Source: a virus
IMG/VR virus record: IMGVR_UViG_3300021135_000003
Reading direction: 5' to 3' (one strand)
DNA length: 64,000 nucleotides
The notes under the pieces were generated by a model, which saw nothing but the letters and a program-made list of their open reading frames with translations, was not told the DNA's origin and ran no database searches. A program made the position numbers and the translations under genes. How positions within the stretch are numbered: the first letter of the stretch is position 1; every line of letters begins with the position of its first letter. This document shows, in pieces, positions 28,292 to 38,487 of the stretch.

Positions 28292-29595
28292 ACATCAATA
28301 AATTTTTGGATAGTCTTGCGGCAAATGCTTCACGCAACTTTAAGAAAGAACAACTAGAAGCAAACAAAGATAATGAAACTCTCCGTGAAGTAATTCGTTT
28401 GGCTCTTGATCCATTTACTCAATTTTATATCCGTAAGATTCCAGCGTATACTCCACAGACAGAACAAACTAATGTTACGTTGAGGTTTGCATTGGATTCT
28501 TTATTTGATTTATCCAGTCGTCTAGTAACAGGAAATGCGGCAATTGCTCATCTTAAAGGTATGCTAGAAGTTCTAAGCCCAGATGACGCTAAGGTTATTG
28601 AAAGAATTATTCAAAAAGATTTGAAGTGTGGGGTTCAAGTATCAACAGCAAATGATGTATGGATGGGACTCGTTCCAGAATATCCATGCATGCTTTGCTC
28701 ACCATTTGAACAGAAATTGGTTGATAAGATTAAATTCCCAGCCTATGCTCAAATGAAGATGGACGGTATGCGTTTCAATGCGATCGTTCGTGATGGTAAG
28801 TGTGAATTTAGGAGTAGAAATGGCAAAGAAATTTTATTACTTGGCAATTTGGAGCAAGAGTTTATTTCTCTTGCTGGTTCTGTTGATTGTGTTTTTGATG
28901 GTGAACTTTTGGTAATGGATGACGATAGTTGTCAGTTTATGGATCGTCAGACTGGTAATGGTATCCTCAACAAAGCAAACAAAGGAACTATATCAGCTGA
29001 AGATGCAGCAAAGGTTCATGCTTCTGTTTGGGATTTAATTCCTTATGTTCAATTTATTGACGGACATTGCGGAACTCCATATTCAAAAAGGTTCTCAACT
29101 CTTGAGGCGATTGTAAATAAACAACCAGCCAAAGATAAAAAGATTTGGGCTGTTACTTCAACCATTGTTGAAACGATTGAACAGGCTCAGGAGATTTTTC
29201 AAGATTATCTATCAAAGGGATATGAAGGTATTATTCTTAAAGATGGTAATGGTGTTTGGGAAGATAAACGTAGCAAGACTCAGATTAAATTCAAAGGCGA
29301 ACTAGAATGTGATCTTAAGATCGTTGCAATTGAAGAAGGTACTGGTAAGTATGCAGGAATGCTGGGTAATATTGTTTGCGAATCAGCTGATGGTAAAATT
29401 AAAGTAAACGTAGGCTCTGGTTTTAATGATACACATCGCAAGAATTATGGTCAAGAAATAGTTGACAAAATCGTGGCAATCAAGTATAATAGTAGAATAA
29501 AGAATAAGTTGGGAGACGAGAGTTTGTTTCTTCCAATCTTTGTTGAAATTCGTGATGATAAAGATATCGCAGATAGTTCAAAGGACATAAAATGA
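28288..29595 (+). CDS. gp30: ATP-dependent DNA ligase
   Basis: KMDGMR, FDGEL, EGIILK, KFK and SLFLPIF motifs. Confidence 0.96.
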   Translation: MNINKFLDSLAANASRNFKKEQLEANKDNETLREVIRLALDPFTQFYIRKIPAYTPQTEQTNVTLRFALDSLFDLSSRLVTGNAAIAHLKGMLEVLSPDDAKVIERIIQKDLKCGVQVSTANDVWMGLVPEYPCMLCSPFEQKLVDKIKFPAYAQMKMDGMRFNAIVRDGKCEFRSRNGKEILLLGNLEQEFISLAGSVDCVFDGELLVMDDDSCQFMDRQTGNGILNKANKGTISAEDAAKVHASVWDLIPYVQFIDGHCGTPYSKRFSTLEAIVNKQPAKDKKIWAVTSTIVETIEQAQEIFQDYLSKGYEGIILKDGNGVWEDKRSKTQIKFKGELECDLKIVAIEEGTGKYAGMLGNIVCESADGKIKVNVGSGFNDTHRKNYGQEIVDKIVAIKYNSRIKNKLGDESLFLPIFVEIRDDKDIADSSKDIK

Positions 29596-29957
29596 AAGTA
29601 GCAATCAATACATGTTTCGGTGGGTTTGGTATTTCAAATGTAGCGTTTGAGAAATTGCTTGAGCGTAAGGGTATCGCATTCGATAAGGTGCCAGCAAAAT
29701 GGCCAATTCGTGGTAACGACTCAGACTATTACAAAGCTGGTAGTCCACAATCTGATGCGACATATCTAAGTGAGTATGAATTCTATGAACAACGCAATGA
29801 TCCAGATTTGATTGCAGTGATTGAAGAATTGGGTAAAGAAGCATGGGGTTTTGCAGCAGAACTAGCAATCGTTGATATTCCTGATGATGTCGAATGGCAT
29901 ATTCACGAGTACGATGGTCTTGAGCATGTAGCAGAAAATCATAGGACTTGGGGTTAA
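29592..29957 (+). CDS. conserved phage hypothetical
   Basis: KVAINTCFGGFGIS, RNDPDLIAVIEELG and EYDGLE motifs. Confidence 0.8.
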   Translation: MKVAINTCFGGFGISNVAFEKLLERKGIAFDKVPAKWPIRGNDSDYYKAGSPQSDATYLSEYEFYEQRNDPDLIAVIEELGKEAWGFAAELAIVDIPDDVEWHIHEYDGLEHVAENHRTWG

Positions 29958-31456
29958 TGATTGATGCTGTTATTCTTAGTGGTGGTCAAGATATGCCAAA
30001 CGACTACCCTAAGATACAAAGATCGCTTGGTCCATACAGGGTTGCTTCTGCTTTAGAAAAAGCAGGATACACTACATGTGTAATTGATTATATTCAGTAT
30101 CTTTCAGTAGAAGAAATTATCAATGCTTTGAAAAATGTTTTAACACCTAATACTTTATGGGTTGGTATTTCTTCTACTTTTTTCTACTCACCATTAGCAA
30201 AGAAGGTTGGTCTTTCTAGGATGTACCAAAATATATCTTATGAAAAAATTTCTAAAGTATATGAATTTATTAAAGCGAACAGTAATGCTAAGATTGTTTT
30301 TGGTGGAGCATATGCCCTTCAAGCACACGCTGATCCGATGATTGATTATTACATTGCTAGTTATGCTGATGTGACTGTTGTAGAATTAACTGATTTCCTT
30401 TCAGGTAAGAAAATATATCTTGAACATTCAACTGAGATTGATATTGGTGGAACTAAGTCTGTGTTGATTGATTCTGGTAAGTATAAAGAACCAGAAATGA
30501 ATTCATTGGAAACCTTTTGGCATAAAAAAGAATACAACATATTACCAACCGAATCATTGCCTATTGAATTTGCTAGAGGGTGTATTTTTAAATGCAAGTT
30601 TTGTAACTATCCCCTTCTTGGTAAAAAGAAAGGTACATACATTAGAGATATGTCTCAGGTTCGTGATGAGATAATTAAAGTGTGGGAAGAGAATGGAACT
30701 GATTCATTTTATATGACAGATGATACCTTCAATGATGATAATGATAAGATGGAAGAATTTCATAAGTTGTTTACATCGTTGCCGTTCAAACCTAAGTTTA
30801 GCGCATTTCTTCGACTTGATTTGATTGATAGATTCCCGCATCAAGCAGATCTTCTTTTAGAAGCTGGTTTGATTGGTAACTTTTTTGGGATTGAATCATT
30901 CAATCATAAAAGTGCTAGAGCAATTGGTAAAGGTTTGCACCCAGATAGAATTAAGAAACGTCTAAACTGGGTGAGAGAAAAATGGGATGGTAAGGTTAAT
31001 ACTGTAGTAGGATTAATTGTTGGTTTACCGTATGATGATGAGAAGTATTTTAGAGAACTTGAAACATATCTTATGTCTTCAGAATACCCTGCTCAGAGAA
31101 CTGTTATTAATCCTCTGCATATTTTTGATAGGAGCAAAGGTGTTAATCTTTATGGTTCTGAGTTTTCAGTTAACTCAGAAGTCTATGGATATAAGTTTGA
31201 TTCGAATGGTAGATGGTATCATGAAGAACAGGGTTTTGGTTTTGATGATATGATAAATGTTTCAAACTATTTTTCAGAATTGATGAGCAGTAAAAATAAA
31301 GTTAGTGGATTTGAGATGTTGACATATATGAATCTTGGTATTTCGTTGAAAGATATATTAACATACACTGAAGATGAATTAATACAACGCTATGATATCC
31401 CAAAATTAAATAATGAAAAATTGACAATGTATAAACAAATGATTGGAGCAGTATAA
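29957..31456 (+). CDS. B12-binding-domain radical SAM protein
   Basis: RGCIFKCKFC (CxxxCxxC), N-terminal LG.YRVAS.L and GISSTF, DDTFN and GIESF motifs. Confidence 0.88.
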   Translation: MIDAVILSGGQDMPNDYPKIQRSLGPYRVASALEKAGYTTCVIDYIQYLSVEEIINALKNVLTPNTLWVGISSTFFYSPLAKKVGLSRMYQNISYEKISKVYEFIKANSNAKIVFGGAYALQAHADPMIDYYIASYADVTVVELTDFLSGKKIYLEHSTEIDIGGTKSVLIDSGKYKEPEMNSLETFWHKKEYNILPTESLPIEFARGCIFKCKFCNYPLLGKKKGTYIRDMSQVRDEIIKVWEENGTDSFYMTDDTFNDDNDKMEEFHKLFTSLPFKPKFSAFLRLDLIDRFPHQADLLLEAGLIGNFFGIESFNHKSARAIGKGLHPDRIKKRLNWVREKWDGKVNTVVGLIVGLPYDDEKYFRELETYLMSSEYPAQRTVINPLHIFDRSKGVNLYGSEFSVNSEVYGYKFDSNGRWYHEEQGFGFDDMINVSNYFSELMSSKNKVSGFEMLTYMNLGISLKDILTYTEDELIQRYDIPKLNNEKLTMYKQMIGAV

Positions 31457-31986
31457 TGAAACGTGAACTTGATGAAATACTCTGTGCAAAGTATCCTCTG
31501 ATCTTTAAAGATCGTCACGAGAATATGCAACACACAGCAATGTGCTGGGGGTTTGAAACTGGTGATGGTTGGTATAATATCATTGATACTCTTTGTGGTC
31601 TATTGACAAGCGATTATCGTAGCGCAAAAAGTCGTTATGAACATCTTATAGAAACAGGTGTTGGTAATGTTCTTTACGGAACAAAAACAGTAACACAAGA
31701 AGCTGTTGATGAAGCAAAAACAAAACTTGACGAAGAAAGTCTGAAAGTTCCAGTTGCTGTTCAAGTAAAAGAAAAGTTCGGTGGACTAAGATTCTATGTT
31801 CAGGCTGCAACTGATAAACATTATCAGTATATTACTTTTGCTGAGTCTATGAGTTATCGTACTTGTGAAGAGTGTGGTGCTCCAGGTAAAACTTATACTG
31901 ATGGATGGCATATGACTCTGTGTGATATTCATGCAGAAATGAATGGTAAAGAAGAAGAATATGAATCTGATGAAGGGGATGAATAA
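31456..31986 (+). CDS. conserved phage hypothetical
   Basis: GDGW, QVKEKFGGLRFY and CEECG...LC motifs. Confidence 0.8.
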   Translation: MKRELDEILCAKYPLIFKDRHENMQHTAMCWGFETGDGWYNIIDTLCGLLTSDYRSAKSRYEHLIETGVGNVLYGTKTVTQEAVDEAKTKLDEESLKVPVAVQVKEKFGGLRFYVQAATDKHYQYITFAESMSYRTCEECGAPGKTYTDGWHMTLCDIHAEMNGKEEEYESDEGDE

Positions 31987-32351
31987 TGTTTTACGGTAAA
32001 GATATGGTCGAAGAAAACTTTGACGTTCTCTTACGCAAATTAGAACAACAGGAATTGTTTTTGTTTGAACCAATGCCAAGTTATAAAAATGGTGAACGAT
32101 GGACTGATGAGTTCCGCACTCGTGATGGTCATACTAAACTTGCTGATGGATCATGGGTAACTATTCATAAAGTAAACACTTGGGTTGAAAAACTTAAGAA
32201 AGATACCATCGAGTTATATGAACAGAATACAAAACAATCTCGTGAGATTAATTTACTCAAACAACAAAGATATGAGATGGAATTTGGTTTGCGTTCTGCG
32301 CAGAAATCTTTAAACAAAGCATTAGCAATGAAAGGTAATAGTTATGAATGA
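31986..32351 (+). CDS. hypothetical protein
   Basis: Coupled ORF with a C-terminal coiled coil. Confidence 0.7.
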   Translation: MFYGKDMVEENFDVLLRKLEQQELFLFEPMPSYKNGERWTDEFRTRDGHTKLADGSWVTIHKVNTWVEKLKKDTIELYEQNTKQSREINLLKQQRYEMEFGLRSAQKSLNKALAMKGNSYE

Positions 32352-32634
32352 TAAAGTATGGGTAAAGGTTGACTGTATTGCACAGCATAAAGTAAGTTAT
32401 ATGGTTCAGGCTCCAAAGGATCACCCTGAATATGCTCTTGATGATGTCACTATGGAAACTGCCAAAGAATTTTCTCAGACATATCTTGGTGAAACTATTT
32501 TTAGCCATCGTGTTGTTTCTGAACAAGAAGCACTTGACATTTGCGATATTGAAAATGATTATCTTAAGGATTGGACAGATGAACAAAAGATTAATACTCT
32601 GTTCACCAAAGAAGGCGAAAAGAGGGATTATTAA
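32344..32634 (+). CDS. hypothetical protein
   Basis: Coupled ORF; AKEFSQ.YLGE motif. Confidence 0.7.
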   Translation: MNDKVWVKVDCIAQHKVSYMVQAPKDHPEYALDDVTMETAKEFSQTYLGETIFSHRVVSEQEALDICDIENDYLKDWTDEQKINTLFTKEGEKRDY

Positions 32635-33203
32635 TGTTTATATTTGACGTAGAAACTTTGGGTGTTGAATCTAATGCTGTTGTTTTATCGGCAGCATTGC
32701 TTCACTTTGACCCAGAGAAACGTCCAACCTATCAAGACTTGCTAGACAATGCGTGCTTTGTTAAGTTGAACGCAAAAGATCAAGCAAAACGTCTTGGTAG
32801 AACTGTTGATGTGAGAACACTAGAGTGGTGGGCAAACCAACACGAATATGTTCGTAGTGTTTCTTTTGATGCAAATTCAATAGATATGTATGCAGAAGAT
32901 GCAATTAAAGAGTTACATAATTATATGAACAAATATATTAATGCAAATGGTCAAACTATGTGGGCAAGGGGTTCTCTTGATCAAATGGTAATTGATTCGC
33001 TTGCTAAAAAACTTGACATGCAACCTATTACTGGGTATAATATGTGGAGGGACGTTAGAACTGCAGTTGATTTACTCAGTGGTGGAACTAATGGTTATTG
33101 TGAAGTGAATCATCCCTTATTTGAACGAGCGCAAGTTATTAAGCACCATCCTGTTCATGACTGTGCTCTTGATGCTATGATGTTAATGTATGGAAAGAGT
33201 TAA
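32634..33203 (+). CDS. DEDDh 3'-5' exonuclease (DexA-like)
   Basis: FDVETLG, TLEWW, WARG..D, RDVRT and HHPVHD motifs. Confidence 0.85.
   Translation: MFIFDVETLGVESNAVVLSAALLHFDPEKRPTYQDLLDNACFVKLNAKDQAKRLGRTVDVRTLEWWANQHEYVRSVSFDANSIDMYAEDAIKELHNYMNKYINANGQTMWARGSLDQMVIDSLAKKLDMQPITGYNMWRDVRTAVDLLSGGTNGYCEVNHPLFERAQVIKHHPVHDCALDAMMLMYGKS
33013..33041 (+). promoter_or_regulatory. intragenic consensus sigma70 promoter upstream of gp43
   Basis: TTGACA-17 bp-TATAAT. Confidence 0.8.
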
Positions 33204-35689
33204 TGGAATTTTATACCTCAGTAAACCCTATCGGAGATCGAATCTTTGTTAGAGGTGTTGAGAATGGTAAACGCTATCAACGTAAGTTAGAGTTTAGTCC
33301 TACTCTTTATGTGACTGCCAAGAAACCCTCCAAGTGGAAGACACTGGAGGGAACATTCGTTGATGAGATTAATCCAGGCACAATCAAAGATACCAGAGAA
33401 TTTATTAAACGCTATGATGGTGTTGAAGGATTCGCTGTATATGGAAACTCAAACTATGCGTATCAATACATAAGCGATAATTATCAGCATGATATCAATT
33501 GGGATATGGAACAGATTAAAGTGTTCACGATTGATATTGAAACTTCAACAGAGAATGGTTTCCCTGATATTAAATCAGCCAATGAAGAAATTCTTCTTAT
33601 CACAGTTAAAGAACTTCAGACAAAACGTATTATTACTTTTGGAAGTAAAGCATATGTCAATCCACGTGAAGATGTAATCTATGTTAACTGTAAGAATGAA
33701 CAAAACCTACTAACCCAATTCCTAGAATTTTGGACTAAGAGCCATCCAGATGTTATCACTGGTTGGAATACTGACTTCTTTGATATGCCATATCTTATCC
33801 GTAGGATTGAGCGTGAACTTGGTGATGGCGAATCTAATAAGATGAGTCCATGGGGATATGTTAATGAACGAAAGACTTTCATTAAAGGTAATGAAGAGAT
33901 TCACTACGATATCGTTGGGATTGCTCAACTAGATTATCTTGAACTCTATAAGAAATATACATATTCTAAACAGGAAAGTTATCGTTTGGATTATATTGCT
34001 GGTGAAGAACTTGGTGACAAGAAGAAAGTAAATCCAGGAGATTCATTTAAAGATTTCTATACTAATCACTGGCAGCAATTCGTTGATTATAATATTCATG
34101 ACGTAGAGTTGGTTGATAAGTTAGAAGACAAGATGCGTCTTATCGAATTGCATTTGACCATGGCTTATAATGCCAAGATTAATTTCGAGGATGTTTATTC
34201 GCAGGTTCGCATGTGGGATACGATTATCTATAATCATCTACGTAAAAAAGGTATTGTTGTTCCTGCCAAGAGTCACTCAGGCAAAGATGCTCAATTTGAG
34301 GGTGCATATGTTAAAGATCCAATTATTGGTCTTCATAAATGGATGGCTTCTTTTGACTTGAACTCATTGTATCCGCATTTGATTATGCAGTATAACATTA
34401 GTCCTGAAACTTTGACATCGGAAAAGATTAGCGTTACTGTTGATAAACTTTTGAATCAAGAAATTGATACCACATATGTTAAGCAACGAGATCTTGCTTT
34501 GACTGCCAATGGATGGACTTATACTAAAGAGTTTAAAGGTTTCATGCCAGAGTTAATGGAACAGATGTATAAAAATCGTTCTAAGTTCAAGAAACAAATG
34601 CTTGCCATCCAACAAGAGTATGAAAAAGATAAGTCTAAGAAACAATTGCTGAAAGATATTTCTCGTTTGAATAATCTGCAGATGGCTATGAAGATTGCTT
34701 TGAACTCTGCTTATGGTGCAATGGGTAATCAGTATTTCCGTTACTTTGATATTCGTATGGCTGAGGGTATTACTACTTCTGGTCAGTTGTCTATTCGTTG
34801 GATGGCCAACAAGTTAAATGCCTTCATGAATAAAACATTGAAGACTGAAGGTAAAGATTATGTAGTTGCAATTGATACTGATTCAATCTACCTTACTCTT
34901 GAAACATTAGTTGAACAAACTTGCGCTGGCAAAACTGATGAACAGAAAATTAAATTCATGGATAAAATCTGTGAAGATGTTTTCCAACCATTCATTGATT
35001 CAGGTTACCAAGAACTAGCAGACTATATGAATGCGTATAGTCAGAAGATGCAGATGAAGCGTGAGGTTCTAGCTGACAAAGGTATCTGGACTGCCAAGAA
35101 ACGATATATTCTTAATGTGCATAATTCAGAGGGTGTTCAATATGAGAAACCTAAAATTAAAGTTATGGGTCTTGAAATGGTCAAGTCCTCTACTCCTGCA
35201 GTTATTCGTGATAAATTGCGAGATTCGATTGAGGTTATTCTTAAAGGAAATCAATCACATTTACAGAACTACATATTAGAGTATCGTAAAGAGTTTGAGA
35301 AACTTCCTGTTGAAGAGATTGCGTTTCCTCGTGGTGTTAATGGTATGAAACAATACGCTGGTTCACCTATCTATTCTAAGGGAACACCAATTCATGTTCG
35401 TGGTGCTTTATTGTTTAATCACTATACTAAGAAGATGGGTCTTGATAAAAAGTATCAACCAATTCGTGATGGTGATAAAATTCGATTTGTTTATGTTCGC
35501 AAACCAAATCCATTCCAAGAAGATGTTATTGCATTCAGTCAAGAGTTACCACCAGAGTTTGAATTGAACTCCTACATAGATTATGATAAACAATTTGAAA
35601 AGGTATTTCTCGATGCCCTACAAATTATTATTGGTTCGCTTGGTTGGAATACATCAGAACAAAGTTCATTAGAGGATTTCTTTGGATGA
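33203..35689 (+). CDS. gp43: family B DNA polymerase
   Basis: DIET, SFDLNSLYP, KIALNSAYG, DTDS and KKRY motifs; C-terminal SLEDFFG clamp-binding tail. Confidence 0.99.
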   Translation: MEFYTSVNPIGDRIFVRGVENGKRYQRKLEFSPTLYVTAKKPSKWKTLEGTFVDEINPGTIKDTREFIKRYDGVEGFAVYGNSNYAYQYISDNYQHDINWDMEQIKVFTIDIETSTENGFPDIKSANEEILLITVKELQTKRIITFGSKAYVNPREDVIYVNCKNEQNLLTQFLEFWTKSHPDVITGWNTDFFDMPYLIRRIERELGDGESNKMSPWGYVNERKTFIKGNEEIHYDIVGIAQLDYLELYKKYTYSKQESYRLDYIAGEELGDKKKVNPGDSFKDFYTNHWQQFVDYNIHDVELVDKLEDKMRLIELHLTMAYNAKINFEDVYSQVRMWDTIIYNHLRKKGIVVPAKSHSGKDAQFEGAYVKDPIIGLHKWMASFDLNSLYPHLIMQYNISPETLTSEKISVTVDKLLNQEIDTTYVKQRDLALTANGWTYTKEFKGFMPELMEQMYKNRSKFKKQMLAIQQEYEKDKSKKQLLKDISRLNNLQMAMKIALNSAYGAMGNQYFRYFDIRMAEGITTSGQLSIRWMANKLNAFMNKTLKTEGKDYVVAIDTDSIYLTLETLVEQTCAGKTDEQKIKFMDKICEDVFQPFIDSGYQELADYMNAYSQKMQMKREVLADKGIWTAKKRYILNVHNSEGVQYEKPKIKVMGLEMVKSSTPAVIRDKLRDSIEVILKGNQSHLQNYILEYRKEFEKLPVEEIAFPRGVNGMKQYAGSPIYSKGTPIHVRGALLFNHYTKKMGLDKKYQPIRDGDKIRFVYVRKPNPFQEDVIAFSQELPPEFELNSYIDYDKQFEKVFLDALQIIIGSLGWNTSEQSSLEDFFG

Positions 35690-36297
35690 GATATATTTTA
35701 AATAAAGTAAAAAATTTTCAGCCAGTTCTTTCCGTAGATAATATTTTTACCAAAGAAGAATTGGATAAAATTAATTCACAACTATCTTCTGTTAATACGA
35801 CAGCAGCAATTGCTGGGTGGGGTTCATCCATTACTACAGATGAAGAAATGAATGCAGCTGTTTTACATAGTCATCAAGCAAGAAAATCTAATGTATATTG
35901 GTTAGATAATTCAGAGTATGATTGGATTTATGATAAACTTCAGATTGCTATTAATCATGTAAATCTAACAAACTTTAATAAAGTTTTATACTCAATTGAA
36001 TCATTACAGTATACAGAATATGATTCTAAGTATAATGGTTTTTATTCTTCTCATGCTGATGCTTATGAAGATAATCCACCTCTGAATCGATCGCTATCGT
36101 TTTCTCTTCAAATATCAAAACCTGAAGATTATACTGGAGGAGATGTAAAAATTTATTATCAGGATAAAATTTTTACAGCAAATAAGGCATATGGTACAGT
36201 TACATTTTTTGATTCAAAACTATTGCATGAAGTAACACCTGTAGTTTCTGGGTTTAGAAAAAGTTTAGTTGGTTGGATTATTGGTCCAAGAATATGA
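35686..36297 (+). CDS. 2OG-Fe(II) oxygenase (PKHD/prolyl-hydroxylase type)
   Basis: HAD, YTGG, HEVTPV and RKSLVGW motifs. Confidence 0.88.
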   Translation: MRYILNKVKNFQPVLSVDNIFTKEELDKINSQLSSVNTTAAIAGWGSSITTDEEMNAAVLHSHQARKSNVYWLDNSEYDWIYDKLQIAINHVNLTNFNKVLYSIESLQYTEYDSKYNGFYSSHADAYEDNPPLNRSLSFSLQISKPEDYTGGDVKIYYQDKIFTANKAYGTVTFFDSKLLHEVTPVVSGFRKSLVGWIIGPRI

Positions 36298-36842
36298 ACA
36301 ATATTAGGATTATTAAAACTGGGATTAATGTTTCAAAGATTTTGAAACAACTAAAAGATCATCCTGACGATTGGATGGCTCAACGAAATATCGAGGGTGC
36401 TCAATCTTTAATCGATAGAGGATATGATAATATCCCAGTTGGTAATCTTCAGTTGGTAATCGGTGCTGTAGAAAAAGCTGAAGACTTTGTAGGAGACAGC
36501 GAGATTTGCGTACCAACTCCAGCAATCAAACATCACACAGAGATAGTAGGATTTCTAAAAAGAAATTTTAAGAAATTCAGTAGATGCGGTTTCCTTTCTC
36601 TTGCTTCAGGTGAACACGTTGGGCTACATATTGATGAGGGAACTTATTATCTTACAAGAGATCGTTATCATTTATCCATTCAAGGAAAATATAGATATTT
36701 TGTAGGCGACGAATCAGTTATTGTTGAACCTGGAACTTTACTTTGGTTCAATAACAAACTTATGCACGGGACTGAAAACATTGGTGATTGCACTCGGATT
36801 ACTTTTGTATTTGATGTTCCACATTCTAAACAAAATCCATAG
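36294..36842 (+). CDS. aspartyl/asparaginyl beta-hydroxylase-like 2OG oxygenase
   Basis: HIDEG.YY..RDRYHL, WFNNK..H and RITFVFD motifs. Confidence 0.85.
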   Translation: MNNIRIIKTGINVSKILKQLKDHPDDWMAQRNIEGAQSLIDRGYDNIPVGNLQLVIGAVEKAEDFVGDSEICVPTPAIKHHTEIVGFLKRNFKKFSRCGFLSLASGEHVGLHIDEGTYYLTRDRYHLSIQGKYRYFVGDESVIVEPGTLLWFNNKLMHGTENIGDCTRITFVFDVPHSKQNP

Positions 36843-36850
36843 GAGGATAT

Positions 36851-37102
36851 ATGAAAGTTAAAAAGTTTTATGCAGAATGGTGTGGACCATGTAAAGGGTT
36901 ATCAATGGTAATTGCTGGAGCAGGAGATAAGATTACTATTCCAATTGAGAATATTGATATTGATACTAACATTATGGAATCAGTTCAGTATGATGTTAGA
37001 TCTGTTCCCATGTTAGTTCTCGTTGATGATAATGGAAAAGAGATCAAACGTCTAAATGGTATGGTAAATGAAACACAATTGTTAGAATTTTTAAAGGTAT
37101 AA
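36851..37102 (+). CDS. thioredoxin
   Basis: WCGPC motif; AGGAGG RBS. Confidence 0.93.
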   Translation: MKVKKFYAEWCGPCKGLSMVIAGAGDKITIPIENIDIDTNIMESVQYDVRSVPMLVLVDDNGKEIKRLNGMVNETQLLEFLKV

Positions 37103-37103
37103 T

Positions 37104-38177
37104 ATGGCAAGCATCCTAGACAAAATCAAGAAGAACTCAACTATCAAAGACTCTGCGATTCTATCTGAATCAAAGTTCTTTAAGAAGAAGGATATGATTC
37201 CTACTTCAGTTCCAATTATCAACGTAGCCTTATCAGGTCGCCTTGATGGTGGACTTACTCCAGGTATTACTATGTGGGCTGGACCATCGAAACATTTTAA
37301 AACTGCCTTCAGTTTGTTGATGGCTAAATCTTATTTGGACAAATATCCCGATGCAGCACTTCTTTTCTACGATTCTGAATTTGGTACTCCTCAGTCTTAT
37401 TTTGATACCTTTGGCATTGATACATCCCGAGTGGTTCACACTCCTCTTACAGACGTTGAACAATTAAAGATTGATATCATGCAACAACTACAAAACGTAG
37501 AGCGTGGTGATCATCTTATTATTGTTATTGACTCTATTGGTAATCTTGCTTCTAAGAAAGAAGTTGAGGATGCATTGGAAGGTAAGTCTGTAGCAGATAT
37601 GACCAGAGCAAAACAAATGAAGTCTTTGTTCCGTATGGTAACACCACACTTGAACTTAAAAGATATTCCTTTGGTTGTTGTTAATCACACCTATATGGAA
37701 ATTGGTTTATTTCCAAAAGCAATTGTCGGTGGTGGTACTGGCGCAATGTATTCAGCAGACAATGTCTATATCCTTGGACGTCAACAAGAAAAAGAAGGAA
37801 CAGAGATTGTTGGTTATAACTTTATTATCAACGTAGAGAAGAGTCGTTATGTTAAAGAAAAATCTAAGATTCCTGTTAGTGTTACTTTTGAAGGTGGTCT
37901 TAGCAAGTGGTCTGGTTTATTGGATGTTGCTCTTGAGTCAGGACATGTTATTAAGCCATCTAATGGTTGGTACTCAAAAGTGGATCTTGAGACTGGGGTT
38001 GTAGAAGATAAAAAGTATCGTATTAAAGATACTGACTCAAAAGATTTCTGGCTACCAATTCTTACAAGTAAATCATTCTATGATTTTATCAAGAACAAAT
38101 ATTCAATTGGTCAGGGTGAAGTAATGATGCGTGATGACCTTGATGAAGCACTTGAGGCATTGGCATTTGATGAGTGA
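37104..38177 (+). CDS. uvsX: RecA-like recombinase UvsX
   Basis: GPSKHFKT, YDSEFG, DSIGNLAS and VEKSR motifs. Confidence 0.97.
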   Translation: MASILDKIKKNSTIKDSAILSESKFFKKKDMIPTSVPIINVALSGRLDGGLTPGITMWAGPSKHFKTAFSLLMAKSYLDKYPDAALLFYDSEFGTPQSYFDTFGIDTSRVVHTPLTDVEQLKIDIMQQLQNVERGDHLIIVIDSIGNLASKKEVEDALEGKSVADMTRAKQMKSLFRMVTPHLNLKDIPLVVVNHTYMEIGLFPKAIVGGGTGAMYSADNVYILGRQQEKEGTEIVGYNFIINVEKSRYVKEKSKIPVSVTFEGGLSKWSGLLDVALESGHVIKPSNGWYSKVDLETGVVEDKKYRIKDTDSKDFWLPILTSKSFYDFIKNKYSIGQGEVMMRDDLDEALEALAFDE

Positions 38178-38487
38178 CCATCTTGCAAAACCTTATATCC
38201 TTGTTGAGAATCGCAAAACAGGACATGATGCGATAAAGTTGACTTCTGGACCATTTCAGGGTATAATATATTCTTACGGTAAAGTTAAGTTTGAAGAGCA
38301 ACATGATGATACTTGCAAACTTAATTTTGAGTATGAAGTCCATAATAATCAAATAGAATATAACAAAGAAGAATTCGAATTCTATATTGGTGAACTTCTT
38401 CAGTTTATTATGGCAGAAGAACTACAAAGAAATAATATTACTTACACTGGCGGAATTGATGAGAATAGAAACGAAGATTCTGAGTAA
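38170..38487 (+). CDS. gp40-like protein (head vertex assembly chaperone position)
   Basis: Between uvsX and gp41 as in T4; GIIYSYGKV.F.E motif. Confidence 0.6.
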   Translation: MSDHLAKPYILVENRKTGHDAIKLTSGPFQGIIYSYGKVKFEEQHDDTCKLNFEYEVHNNQIEYNKEEFEFYIGELLQFIMAEELQRNNITYTGGIDENRNEDSE